A stretch of 31,285 bases of DNA from a virus (taxonomy: Duplodnaviria; Caudoviricetes), in IMG/VR virus record IMGVR_UViG_3300011971_000006, positions 1 to 31,285 of that record; one strand, 5' to 3'. The position numbers and the translations under genes were made by a program. The notes beneath the pieces are model-generated. The model saw nothing but the letters and a program-made list of their open reading frames with translations, did no database searches and was not told where the DNA came from. Positions 1-8,176 of this stretch are shown here, one piece after another; position 1 is the stretch's first letter; each line of letters opens with the position of its first letter.

Positions 1-42
1 AATATCTAGGAATGATTCAGGATATCATTATATTGATAGTAA

Positions 43-471
43 GTGGCAATAGAAGGGATGATTGTTTTGAACGTTGGAGAGAAAATAACTTTATACAAAG
101 AGAGGTCAGAATTCAAGAACTATGCGGATTTTGCGAAGGCTGCTGGAGTTTCATCATCTTGGTTGTTGGATATAAGCAAAAAGGAATCTCTTGCACTGGT
201 TGATGCGAATTCTTTAGTGAACCTTTGCGGATATTTAGGCATTTCAGTTCAACAATTAGTTGTAAATGATGATGAAGATCAACAAGTCCTTGCAGATAGT
301 GCAACAACTGACGTAGACTCCAATGATATAGGTGTTCTGCTTAATAAAATGATAGTTTTATTATCTCAAGATGATTGTAAGCTGTCTGGAGTTATAATGA
401 ATGGTAAAGCTAGGCAAGTATGTAAAGATGCCTTAGAAGTGTCATATGTTTTGGTTAAACAGCACTTATAG
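43..471 (+). CDS. XRE/Cro-C1-type HTH transcriptional regulator
   Basis: N-terminal VGEKI...YADFAKAAGVSSSWLLDI...LCGYLGISVQQL fits the HTH_3 pattern; the true start may be ATG 58 or TTG 67. Confidence 0.75.
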   Translation: MAIEGMIVLNVGEKITLYKERSEFKNYADFAKAAGVSSSWLLDISKKESLALVDANSLVNLCGYLGISVQQLVVNDDEDQQVLADSATTDVDSNDIGVLLNKMIVLLSQDDCKLSGVIMNGKARQVCKDALEVSYVLVKQHL

Positions 472-482
472 GAGGAATAATA

Positions 483-671
483 ATGATAACAGTGAATGAT
501 GATAGCATTACAATAAAAAGATGTTACAGCCCAAACTGTCAAGTATGCGGTAGGCAACATGAAGATATTGAAATAATTTACTATGTTCCTTTGGATAATA
601 ATTTAGTCTGTTTTAAATGTGCAAAGGAAAGTGGGTTAGAATTTGACCCAAGAATTTATCTTAAAGAATAG
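483..671 (+). CDS. small Zn-finger hypothetical protein
   Basis: RBS AGGAGG; CQVC...CFKC. Confidence 0.7.
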   Translation: MITVNDDSITIKRCYSPNCQVCGRQHEDIEIIYYVPLDNNLVCFKCAKESGLEFDPRIYLKE

Positions 672-683
672 GAAAATTTTTTC

Positions 684-712
684 TTGACTTTATATCTCAC
701 GAGTAGTACAAT
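684..712 (+). promoter_or_regulatory. sigmaA-type promoter
   Basis: TTGACT-N17-TACAAT. Confidence 0.7.
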
Positions 713-797
713 AGTATTATACAAATAAAGGAGGTGGATAAGCAGTTTTCATTTACATATTGTAAAGTAATAAATAATTATAAAGAAGGTTTTAGTT

Positions 798-1379
798 ATT
801 GACAAGACAACACAGAAGCACACAAAGGTAATTTTGTTATGTTCAGTAGTCATATTTAGTATTTTAAACTTTGGAAACTTTGTTACGAAAGGAACAAGCA
901 ATTTGAGAACTGATCAAAATGCTAATATATTGAAGCTGTTTCGTGGACGATACATAGTGTTACCAGATAAGGTAATAGAAGAGAAAGTTGAAGTTGTTAA
1001 GCCAGAGGTTGTTAAAGAACAAAAAGGAGAAACCTACACAATTTCAGCATATACATTAAATTTTGAATCAACACAAAAATCAAGGGGAAATCCTGATTAC
1101 GGGAAGACTAGCTCAGGATTTAATTTAAAAGGTCATACTTTGGCGTCTGCAAGAGTAATTGCTACAGATCCTAATTTTATTCCGACTGGCAGTAGGGTAA
1201 AAATAGTTTTCAACGATGATAAATATAAGAAGTACAATGCAATTTACACTGCAAAAGATGTAGGAGGTGGAATTATCGGATTACATATTGATCTGTTTAT
1301 CGGTGATAGCCCTGACTCTGTAAAAAGAGCAGTTATTTTTGGAAAGACTCAGGCAATTGTAACAATTATCAATGAATGA
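798..1379 (+). CDS. 3D (Asp-Asp-Asp) domain protein, membrane-anchored or secreted (YocH/YuiC/SPbeta YorM-like)
   Basis: SAYT...TSSG...IATDPNFIPTGSRV...AKDVGGGIIGLHIDLF; hydrophobic N-terminus; frame open to ATT 798 behind GAAGGT (ORF track start 834). Confidence 0.85.
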   Translation: MDKTTQKHTKVILLCSVVIFSILNFGNFVTKGTSNLRTDQNANILKLFRGRYIVLPDKVIEEKVEVVKPEVVKEQKGETYTISAYTLNFESTQKSRGNPDYGKTSSGFNLKGHTLASARVIATDPNFIPTGSRVKIVFNDDKYKKYNAIYTAKDVGGGIIGLHIDLFIGDSPDSVKRAVIFGKTQAIVTIINE

Positions 1380-1426
1380 CATATAATAAATTATAAATAG
1401 AGCAAGACAGAAAGGAGAAATGCATC

Positions 1427-1600
1427 ATGAGTAAACTCGACTACGTTATTCTCCCTTATACTAACTTCAAGGATAAGATCAGAGTTCATAAAGAACTTGA
1501 TAGAGAAATGGTTAAAAAGCATGGTAGAAACAATTTCAGCTTAACTGTTTTAGACAATTGCATTATGGCTTCGTTCAAATCCATTAATACTTTTTTCTAA
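1427..1600 (+). CDS. hypothetical protein (57 aa, not in ORF track)
   Basis: RBS AAAGGAG, ATG 1427, MSKLDYVILPY...NTFF*. Confidence 0.6.
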   Translation: MSKLDYVILPYTNFKDKIRVHKELDREMVKKHGRNNFSLTVLDNCIMASFKSINTFF

Positions 1601-1714
1601 TCATAGTATAACTAATATATAAAATATTATACGCACATACATAATTGAATATAGCACTAGGTAGGCTGTAAGCACTTAATAATGTTAAGCGTTAAAGCTA
1701 TTAAAATATAAGAG

Positions 1715-2068
1715 ATGGAGATGTTTAATTATATGATTATTACAAATAAAGTAGAGAAAATGGTTACAGTTGAGGAAACGGTTGCCCTAATGTGCAATAA
1801 ATGCGGAGAACTAATTGAGTTGGAACGCTCGTATACACTGCATAATTTTGATATTAATTTTGGGTTTGGCGCAAATGATAATCAGAACTGGAAATTTGAC
1901 ATGTGTAACACATGCATAACTGAATTGGTTAGTGGATTTAAAGTAGAGCCTGATAAAACAAGTGATGAGGCATCAGATTGGGAATGGCCTACAGATGATT
2001 GGAAACAAGAAGAAGAACCAGTGATAGAACCTAGACCTAACACATTGGAACCATTTAGATACGTTTAA
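1715..2068 (+). CDS. Zn-ribbon hypothetical protein
   Basis: CNKCG...DMCNTC; true start probably ATG 1733 behind GGAG. Confidence 0.7.
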   Translation: MEMFNYMIITNKVEKMVTVEETVALMCNKCGELIELERSYTLHNFDINFGFGANDNQNWKFDMCNTCITELVSGFKVEPDKTSDEASDWEWPTDDWKQEEEPVIEPRPNTLEPFRYV

Positions 2069-2077
2069 TATAAAGGA

Positions 2078-2389
2078 GTGTTAATAATTATGAGAGTAAG
2101 AATTATTGCCAATCATCCAGACGACCCAAAAGGAAGCAGTATAAGTGAGTATATAGGTAAAACTTTTGATGCAGAACAGATGCATGGGACAAAGAATATA
2201 AGTGTTTGTTTTGATATTGATGTCGGTACTATGACAGTTTATCCTGACGAATATGAGGTTGTGGATATAGTTAAAGACTTAGATGAGTTTATCAATAGAA
2301 ATTGTGAGTTTAGTATAGCATCTCAAGAAATAAAGCAGTTTATTCTTGCAAATAGAGTTGGATTGACAAAACTACTAAATAAACAATAG
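2078..2389 (+). CDS. hypothetical protein
   Basis: RBS AAAGGAG, probable start ATG 2090; N-terminus similar to 7144-7323. Confidence 0.7.
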   Translation: MLIIMRVRIIANHPDDPKGSSISEYIGKTFDAEQMHGTKNISVCFDIDVGTMTVYPDEYEVVDIVKDLDEFINRNCEFSIASQEIKQFILANRVGLTKLLNKQ

Positions 2390-2394
2390 TCCCA

Positions 2395-2429
2395 ATTCTG
2401 TAACCCTTACTACAAGAGGGTTACAGAAT
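2395..2429. repeat. 13-bp inverted repeat (arm element before the 2442 site)
   Basis: ATTCTGTAACCCT-TACTACAAG-AGGGTTACAGAAT. Confidence 0.8.
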
Positions 2430-2479
2430 ACATAAATAGCATAAAAGCTACATTTGAAGCTATAGAAAGGAGGTAAAGC

Positions 2480-2698
2480 GTGGTTATTTTACAAACATTA
2501 TTAGGTTTAGTGGTTGTATATTTAATTATTTGTATACTTATGTCTTGTCAAAGTTTTAGTCAAGTAAGGTCGGGAAAAGGATTTGAAAATTTTACATTGG
2601 TATTGGGAGATATTCTTATAATGGCAATAGTAGCATGTATAATTCTATATCTGTCTTATGTGTTCGGGAATATAATTACACAATTAATATTCAAATAA
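2480..2698 (+). CDS. small membrane protein (2 TM)
   Basis: RBS AAAGGAGG, GTG start, two hydrophobic stretches. Confidence 0.7.
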   Translation: MVILQTLLGLVVVYLIICILMSCQSFSQVRSGKGFENFTLVLGDILIMAIVACIILYLSYVFGNIITQLIFK

Positions 2699-2722
2699 AT
2701 AATAAGGAGGAATATAAAATAA

Positions 2723-2890
2723 ATGCAAGTGTTAGAAGTATTAGCTAAAGATTTGTTTAATCAACCAGATTTTAAGGGTTTGAATAGACAAGAAATGTGG
2801 GAGAGGGCAACATTTTTAGGATGGAAGTTCAGCAATGTCAGTGGAAATTTCCATATGAAAGTGATTAAACTTAATACTTCGAAAGAGTAA
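2723..2890 (+). CDS. hypothetical protein (55 aa, not in ORF track)
   Basis: RBS AAGGAGG, MQVLEVLAKDLF...TSKE*. Confidence 0.6.
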   Translation: MQVLEVLAKDLFNQPDFKGLNRQEMWERATFLGWKFSNVSGNFHMKVIKLNTSKE

Positions 2891-2955
2891 TTTCATGGGG
2901 TCATGGGTTTTGTAAAACGTAGTAAATGGAAGCATACGAGAGCATGAGGAAGCTG
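2880..2955 (-). repeat. 76-bp ATGCT-repeat plus site unit, inverted copy
   Basis: Reverse complement CAGCTTCCTCATGCTCTCGTATGCTTCCATTTACTAC...TGAAATTACTCTTTCG aligns without gaps to the copies at 8808, 13025 and 14077. Confidence 0.8.
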
Positions 2956-2997
2956 TATTTATTAGTACAAACTAAATATAATAAAGGAGTGTTATTT

Positions 2998-3699
2998 ATT
3001 AGATACTTTGGTGGCAAAACAAGAACTTGTAAGCAGATTGTAGAGATATTAAATACATATAGAAAAGATGGGCAAGTATTCTTATCACCGTTTGTTGGAG
3101 GTGCATGGGTTGAATCATTATTGAGTAGTCCAAAAGAATGTTACGACAAACATCCATATTTAATAGCAATGTATAAAGAATTACAAAAAGGATGGTTGCC
3201 ACCGACAACATTAACTAAAGAAGAATATGATTACATAAAAAATAACCCAGACGAGAAACCATATTTAACTGGATTTGTAGGTTTTGGTTGTAGCTTTGCA
3301 GGAAAATGGTTTGGTGGATATGCTAAGGATAGTTCAGATAGAAACTATTGCATGAATGCTTACAACTCAATATTAAAGAAGCTTGATAATTTAAAAGATA
3401 CATACTTTGATTGTAAGGATTATCAGCAGATAGAACCAAAAGGATATTTAATTTATTGCGATCCACCATATGAAGGTACTACGCAATATAGCAAGACATT
3501 AGTTGGTGATTTTAATTCAAAGGACTTTTGGGATTTAATGCGTCAATGGTCAATACATAATACAGTAATAATTTCTGAATATAATGCGCCAGAGGATTTC
3601 AAATGTATATGGTCTCAAGAAGTTAAACTAGATATGAGAGATAGCGAGAATAAAAAGAAGGTTAGAGTTGAGAAACTATTTACCATAAATAATATATAA
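2998..3699 (+). CDS. DNA adenine methyltransferase, Dam/D12 family (orphan)
   Basis: RYFGGK, PFVGG (motif I), IYCDPPY (motif IV); probable ATT start at 2998 behind AAAGGAG. Confidence 0.9.
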   Translation: MRYFGGKTRTCKQIVEILNTYRKDGQVFLSPFVGGAWVESLLSSPKECYDKHPYLIAMYKELQKGWLPPTTLTKEEYDYIKNNPDEKPYLTGFVGFGCSFAGKWFGGYAKDSSDRNYCMNAYNSILKKLDNLKDTYFDCKDYQQIEPKGYLIYCDPPYEGTTQYSKTLVGDFNSKDFWDLMRQWSIHNTVIISEYNAPEDFKCIWSQEVKLDMRDSENKKKVRVEKLFTINNI

Positions 3700-3741
3700 T
3701 AATACATACGTTAAAATACAGAATTTAAAGGAGATAAGTAA

Positions 3742-3906
3742 ATGATAGATGAAGAGTTTGTAGTTACTCGTTTAGAATATAGGATTGAATATTTAACTAA
3801 ACAAAAAGAAGTATTAATAGAAAATGAATTAATTACTAATAAATACTGGTCAATTTCAGGAACTATTAGTGGGTTACAAGAAGCATTAGATTTACTAACA
3901 CAATAA
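3742..3906 (+). CDS. hypothetical protein (54 aa, not in ORF track)
   Basis: RBS AAAGGAG; the TAA stop forms the first bases of the 3904 site. Confidence 0.6.
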   Translation: MIDEEFVVTRLEYRIEYLTKQKEVLIENELITNKYWSISGTISGLQEALDLLTQ

Positions 3907-3935
3907 AAGGCGAGTTTGAAAGGGAGGAATAAAAT

Positions 3936-4175
3936 ATGTGTTATGGTTCCAAATGTGATTTTGAAGGATATATGGGAGAATGTAATATACTCTCTGTATC
4001 AAAGTTTAGACAAATAGAAACTGAGTTAGGATATACTGCTTGCTTTATTGGAGGAGCTACAACTGATCCTGAAGAGCATGATTATTTTAATAAGTTGTTT
4101 AGAGAAGGTAAAATACAAGAAATGCTTATTAAAGCCAGTAATATTGTATATAAAAGGGAGGTTTATAAATATTGA
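3936..4175 (+). CDS. hypothetical protein
   Basis: RBS GGGAGG; ORF track. Confidence 0.7.
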   Translation: MCYGSKCDFEGYMGECNILSVSKFRQIETELGYTACFIGGATTDPEEHDYFNKLFREGKIQEMLIKASNIVYKREVYKY

Positions 4176-4357
4176 GAGATCCAAACCGCATTGATGAAAT
4201 TATTGAAGAGTTAAGAATTTGTTGGAAGAAGTATCCTGATTTAAGGCTAGGACAATTAATTTATGTTTTAGTATGTAAGAATACACAGAGCACAGAAGTA
4301 GACGTTTTTAACCCAGAGGATGATGAAATGTTAAAATGGATCAAGGAGGGAATTTAA
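4172..4357 (+). CDS. conserved small phage protein (MRDPNRI...WKKYPDLRLGQL; YihD/DUF1040-like)
   Basis: recognisable family motif; RBS GGGAGG, TTG start. Confidence 0.7.
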   Translation: MRDPNRIDEIIEELRICWKKYPDLRLGQLIYVLVCKNTQSTEVDVFNPEDDEMLKWIKEGI

Positions 4358-4543
4358 ATGGATGAATACTGTGTTTATGATGACTCTAATTGTAAATACT
4401 TAGAAATTTGTAAACAGTACATAGAAGGTGAAGCTTGTATTAAGGATTTACTGGGTACTGATTTGATTTTGTTGCCTCAATATTCGCCTGAAGCTATTCT
4501 GAAAAGGATTAAGAAGAATAGAAATAAACAAGTGTTAAAATAA
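4358..4543 (+). CDS. hypothetical protein
   Basis: RBS AAGGAGG; ORF track. Confidence 0.6.
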   Translation: MDEYCVYDDSNCKYLEICKQYIEGEACIKDLLGTDLILLPQYSPEAILKRIKKNRNKQVLK

Positions 4544-4660
4544 TAATGTAACTACCACACGAAAAATGCATTTCAAGTGGTAATCTAATTATTTTAATCA
4601 TATATAATTATATACATCATATACTTAAATAGGTGAAAGAATTTAAAGGAGGAATATACA

Positions 4661-4933
4661 ATGCAAAAAACATGGGAAGAGTACGAAGAAGAAAAAGAAA
4701 ACAAAGATTACACAGGGTATAGAGCTGAGTTTAAAGGTGATCACGATGGTAAATTAGCATCAAAAGTTATTGGGGATGCTGAAAGACCTGAAGATTGGGA
4801 CGGTTGTAGTTTTGTTGTAGTCGAGGACATGGAAAGTGATATTATTATTGGATTTTATGAATGTGACAATGATAAACGGCTAGGGGATAAACAATTTTAT
4901 GTAGAAAAAGACGATATGTGGTTTGAAGGTTAA
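4661..4933 (+). CDS. hypothetical acidic protein
   Basis: RBS AAAGGAGG. Confidence 0.7.
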   Translation: MQKTWEEYEEEKENKDYTGYRAEFKGDHDGKLASKVIGDAERPEDWDGCSFVVVEDMESDIIIGFYECDNDKRLGDKQFYVEKDDMWFEG

Positions 4934-4934
4934 T

Positions 4935-4962
4935 AATTAGGGGAGTTTATTCTCCTCTAATT
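4935..4962 (+). terminator. hairpin, possible terminator or processing site
   Basis: AATTAGGGGAG-TTTATT-CTCCTCTAATT immediately after a stop codon. Confidence 0.5.
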
Positions 4963-5008
4963 TAGATACATACAAGGAAATTCTGATTTTAAAGGAGAAG
5001 AGAATAAT

Positions 5009-5227
5009 ATGGATTATATAAGCATTGTAGCTATTGTAAAAGATGGAGGATATGAAAAATTACAAATACCATCTAAATTTCTCAGTGAATTGTCATTATT
5101 AATAAAGAAAAATGGTTCTGAGATTGTACAGTTGAAAAACAGATCAATAATTGTAGCTGGAATATTGATAGCAGGTAAAGACATGGGAGAAAGAATTATT
5201 CTTTGTGGAGACTATAAAGATATTTAA
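5009..5227 (+). CDS. hypothetical protein
   Basis: RBS AAAGGAG; ORF track. Confidence 0.6.
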   Translation: MDYISIVAIVKDGGYEKLQIPSKFLSELSLLIKKNGSEIVQLKNRSIIVAGILIAGKDMGERIILCGDYKDI

Positions 5228-5246
5228 CTACATATAAATAATTTTA

Positions 5247-5275
5247 TTGACGTAACCTTTCTACTAGTGTATACT
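5247..5275 (+). promoter_or_regulatory. sigmaA-type promoter upstream of the ligase
   Basis: TTGACG-N17-TATACT. Confidence 0.7.
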
Positions 5276-5322
5276 TATATCAGTGGAGAGGTTGTATTTT
5301 TAATAGAGAAGGAGAGACGAAA

Positions 5323-6606
5323 TTGGAAAAAGTATTGTCAATTGTTCAGCAAATCCAAGCAACCCCAGGACGGAACGATAAAGAGGCTATTCTAAGAGAA
5401 AATGAGGACAATGAATTATTCAAGACAGTAATGCAATTCATCTACGACCCGTTCATTTTGACAGGTATATCAAAAAAGAAGATCAGTAAAAAGCTAAAAC
5501 TTCCAACTGAACCATCTACATTGTCAATTATTGAAGTAATGGATTATCTCAAATTACATAATTCTGGAAAGGATGTTGATGTCACTTTAGTTCAACATTT
5601 TATCCAATCACAACCTGAAACATTGAGAGATTTCCTTACTAAAATCGTTTCTAAGGATCTCAGCATAGGCTTAACGGACGGTACGTTAAACAAAGTATAT
5701 GGCGACTTCATCCAAACTTTTAGCGTAATGTTAGCTAAGAAATTTGAAGACCATAATCATAAAATTAAAGGTGAATTTGTTATTACTGAGAAGTTGGATG
5801 GTAATAGGTGTGTAGTAATTAAAGATAATGGCGTTGTAAAATCGTTTACTAGACAGGGTAAGCAGTATGAGGGTCTGGAAGAAATTGAATCTGATATTGC
5901 AAATCTAGAAGAAGATAATGTTGTTTTTGATGGAGAATTAATTGCAGATATGCAAGGTAGCACAATTCAAATCTATGCGGAGACAACAAGCAAAGCTAGA
6001 AGTAAAGGTTCAAATAAAACAGGGTTAGTGTATCATATTTTTGACATGCTCCCATTAGACGACTTTCAAAATGGAAAATCTAGAACTGATTGTGTTTTTC
6101 GCAAGCTCATGTTAACAACAGTTTTTGAAAATAATGAGTTCCTACATTGCAAAGAAGTCAAACCTCTGTATATAGGAAGTGATTTATCAGAAGTTGAAAA
6201 ATGGATGAGTTGGGCTGGAGCTAATGCGTTAGAAGGGATCATGGTTAATTTAGATAAGCCTTATATTTGTAAGAGAAGTGATTCAATTTTAAAAGTAAAA
6301 GTATTCAATGATGCTGATGTTCGTTGTTTAGATGTTATTATTGGAACAGGAAAGAATGCTAATAAACTTGGTAGTATTACAATTCAATTTGAGCATGAAG
6401 GTAAAGCATATGAATGTAATTGTGGTTCAGGATTCTCGGATCAAGAGCGAGAAGCATACTGGAAGCAACCAGAATTGATTGTGGGTAAGATTGTGACAGT
6501 CGGATACTTTGAAGTCTCTAAGAACGCAACAGGATATTTTGGGTTAAGATTCCCGACATGGAAGTCAATTATTAGACACGATAAAACTGAAATCAGTATG
6601 AATTGA
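5323..6606 (+). CDS. ATP-dependent DNA ligase
   Basis: motif I EKLDGNR, III VFDGEL, IIIa YHIFD, IV EGIMV, V LKVK, OB-fold CGSGF and LRFP. Confidence 0.95.
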   Translation: MEKVLSIVQQIQATPGRNDKEAILRENEDNELFKTVMQFIYDPFILTGISKKKISKKLKLPTEPSTLSIIEVMDYLKLHNSGKDVDVTLVQHFIQSQPETLRDFLTKIVSKDLSIGLTDGTLNKVYGDFIQTFSVMLAKKFEDHNHKIKGEFVITEKLDGNRCVVIKDNGVVKSFTRQGKQYEGLEEIESDIANLEEDNVVFDGELIADMQGSTIQIYAETTSKARSKGSNKTGLVYHIFDMLPLDDFQNGKSRTDCVFRKLMLTTVFENNEFLHCKEVKPLYIGSDLSEVEKWMSWAGANALEGIMVNLDKPYICKRSDSILKVKVFNDADVRCLDVIIGTGKNANKLGSITIQFEHEGKAYECNCGSGFSDQEREAYWKQPELIVGKIVTVGYFEVSKNATGYFGLRFPTWKSIIRHDKTEISMN

Positions 6607-6618
6607 GGAGGAATAATA

Positions 6619-6909
6619 ATGGCAATTAAAATAGGCAGTGTGAGTAGCTTTAGTATGTTTAACAAAGAAACAGGTGAATCTTTGATGGAAATCAAAAATC
6701 CATCAGCTATGTCAAATATAGTATCAAAACCTAATAAGGATGATTTGATTCCATGCAAGATGGAATTCAATGGATGTGAAGAAATCCAGATATATATTAC
6801 TAAAGAAACTTATCAAACTATGATGGATTACAAAAATAAAACCAAAATTGATGAAGAGACAAAAGTTTGGAAACAATCTGGTTATAAAAATAACATGGAA
6901 TGCAATTAG
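6619..6909 (+). CDS. hypothetical protein
   Basis: RBS GAGGAGG. Confidence 0.7.
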   Translation: MAIKIGSVSSFSMFNKETGESLMEIKNPSAMSNIVSKPNKDDLIPCKMEFNGCEEIQIYITKETYQTMMDYKNKTKIDEETKVWKQSGYKNNMECN

Positions 6910-6951
6910 ATTAAAAGACTAATTTGATGCTATAAAAAGGAGGAATTGATT

Positions 6952-7107
6952 ATGTTCAAATTAATTTGTATAAAGTGTGGTAAAGAGGTTTATATACAAG
7001 AACATGAAAAGAAAGGACACTTTGTAGAAAATGGTGTTACTATTTTGCAAACAGTAACAGATGATCTAGAGATAGAATGTGATTGTGGTAATAAAGTGGT
7101 TTTGTAA
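6952..7107 (+). CDS. small Zn-ribbon protein (51 aa, not in ORF track)
   Basis: RBS AAGGAGG; MFKLICIKCG...IECDCGNKVVL*. Confidence 0.7.
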   Translation: MFKLICIKCGKEVYIQEHEKKGHFVENGVTILQTVTDDLEIECDCGNKVVL

Positions 7108-7143
7108 TCCCAAGAAAGGACTATTTGAAAGGATGAAGAAGCA

Positions 7144-7323
7144 ATGAACATTAGAATTATTAAAGACATGTCAGCAGAAAACAATAGTACATTCAAAATT
7201 GATAGATTCATTGGCAAAATATATAATGCAAAAATTTATCCAGATGGCAAAGCAGATGTGGATTTTGGTGATAACGTTGGATTATTATTTATTTTTGAAG
7301 GAGAATATGAAATCGTAGAATAG
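7144..7323 (+). CDS. hypothetical protein (59 aa, not in ORF track)
   Basis: MNIRIIKD...FIGKIYNA...GEYEIVE*; similar to 2090-2389. Confidence 0.65.
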   Translation: MNIRIIKDMSAENNSTFKIDRFIGKIYNAKIYPDGKADVDFGDNVGLLFIFEGEYEIVE

Positions 7324-7376
7324 CACTCGAAATTTTACATTTAACGTATAAAAAATAAAACAAAAGGAGGAAGTTT

Positions 7377-8147
7377 ATGCAATTCCTAAAAGATATCCCA
7401 TTAGATGATATCCTTCAAAACATTAAAGCGTCTTTAGATGATGGGTACGAATTAGAGATATCAATAGATTATAATGAGGAATTAAAGGATTTACCAAAAG
7501 ATAAATTATATAAATTTGAAGAAGTCAAAAATATGGATTACATAAGTTTCATTAGTGAAATATACAATCATTTTAGATCAATTGAAAGGCAAGAACTGTA
7601 TGAGTTTCAGGCAAGGTTAGAAAGAGATGAAGATAATACTAATTTTCATTATAGTCTAACTGCTATGAGGCCATTCAGAGGAGATGCTGGATATAAACGT
7701 GGAGGAGGTTCAGAAACTTTTTCTATGAGAGTATTTTTGACACAAAGGAATTTATTACTGCATCAAATTTATGACTTACACCTTCCAACTATATATGAAG
7801 ATATTGGTACATATTTTATTAAGAATGAGCATCCTTATTATTTAGATAATCTTAAAACTGTGACAGGTCATATCAAAAACACTATATATGAAAATATTAT
7901 AGGCAAAATTATTGAAGACAAATACTATGCTATTGAGCAAAGAGAGATCACACTTGAGGAATTAAAAGAATCTACTATTTTAAATATTAATACTAATAAT
8001 TATGAACTAGTTGATTTTGAGATAACCATTAAAGAAAGTTATGGTAGCTTCTATTTTAGTATCACCAATAAATATTTAGGAGATATTATAAAACTTACGC
8101 AAAGGAAAGAAGTTACAACTGAATATCTTTTAGATATCACAACATGA
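7377..8147 (+). CDS. hypothetical protein
   Basis: RBS AAAGGAGG; 256 aa; TGA stop lies within the 8145 site. Confidence 0.8.
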   Translation: MQFLKDIPLDDILQNIKASLDDGYELEISIDYNEELKDLPKDKLYKFEEVKNMDYISFISEIYNHFRSIERQELYEFQARLERDEDNTNFHYSLTAMRPFRGDAGYKRGGGSETFSMRVFLTQRNLLLHQIYDLHLPTIYEDIGTYFIKNEHPYYLDNLKTVTGHIKNTIYENIIGKIIEDKYYAIEQREITLEELKESTILNINTNNYELVDFEITIKESYGSFYFSITNKYLGDIIKLTQRKEVTTEYLLDITT

Positions 8148-8176
8148 AATTTCGCTTTTATAGGAAAGGAGTAGTT

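Noticed and set aside
727-780. Strong SD (AAAGGAGGT) after the 684 promoter
   Set aside because: No properly spaced canonical start codon or convincing ORF follows; possibly a remnant, but I cannot support a feature.
1690-1710. Possible additional 16-bp site (GTTAAAGCTATTAAAAT)
   Set aside because: The left half fits but the TTT right half is missing; not counted.
2926-2997. N-terminal extension of the methyltransferase from ATG 2926
   Set aside because: No RBS; the ATG lies inside the inverted 76-bp repeat, and a good RBS precedes ATT 2998.
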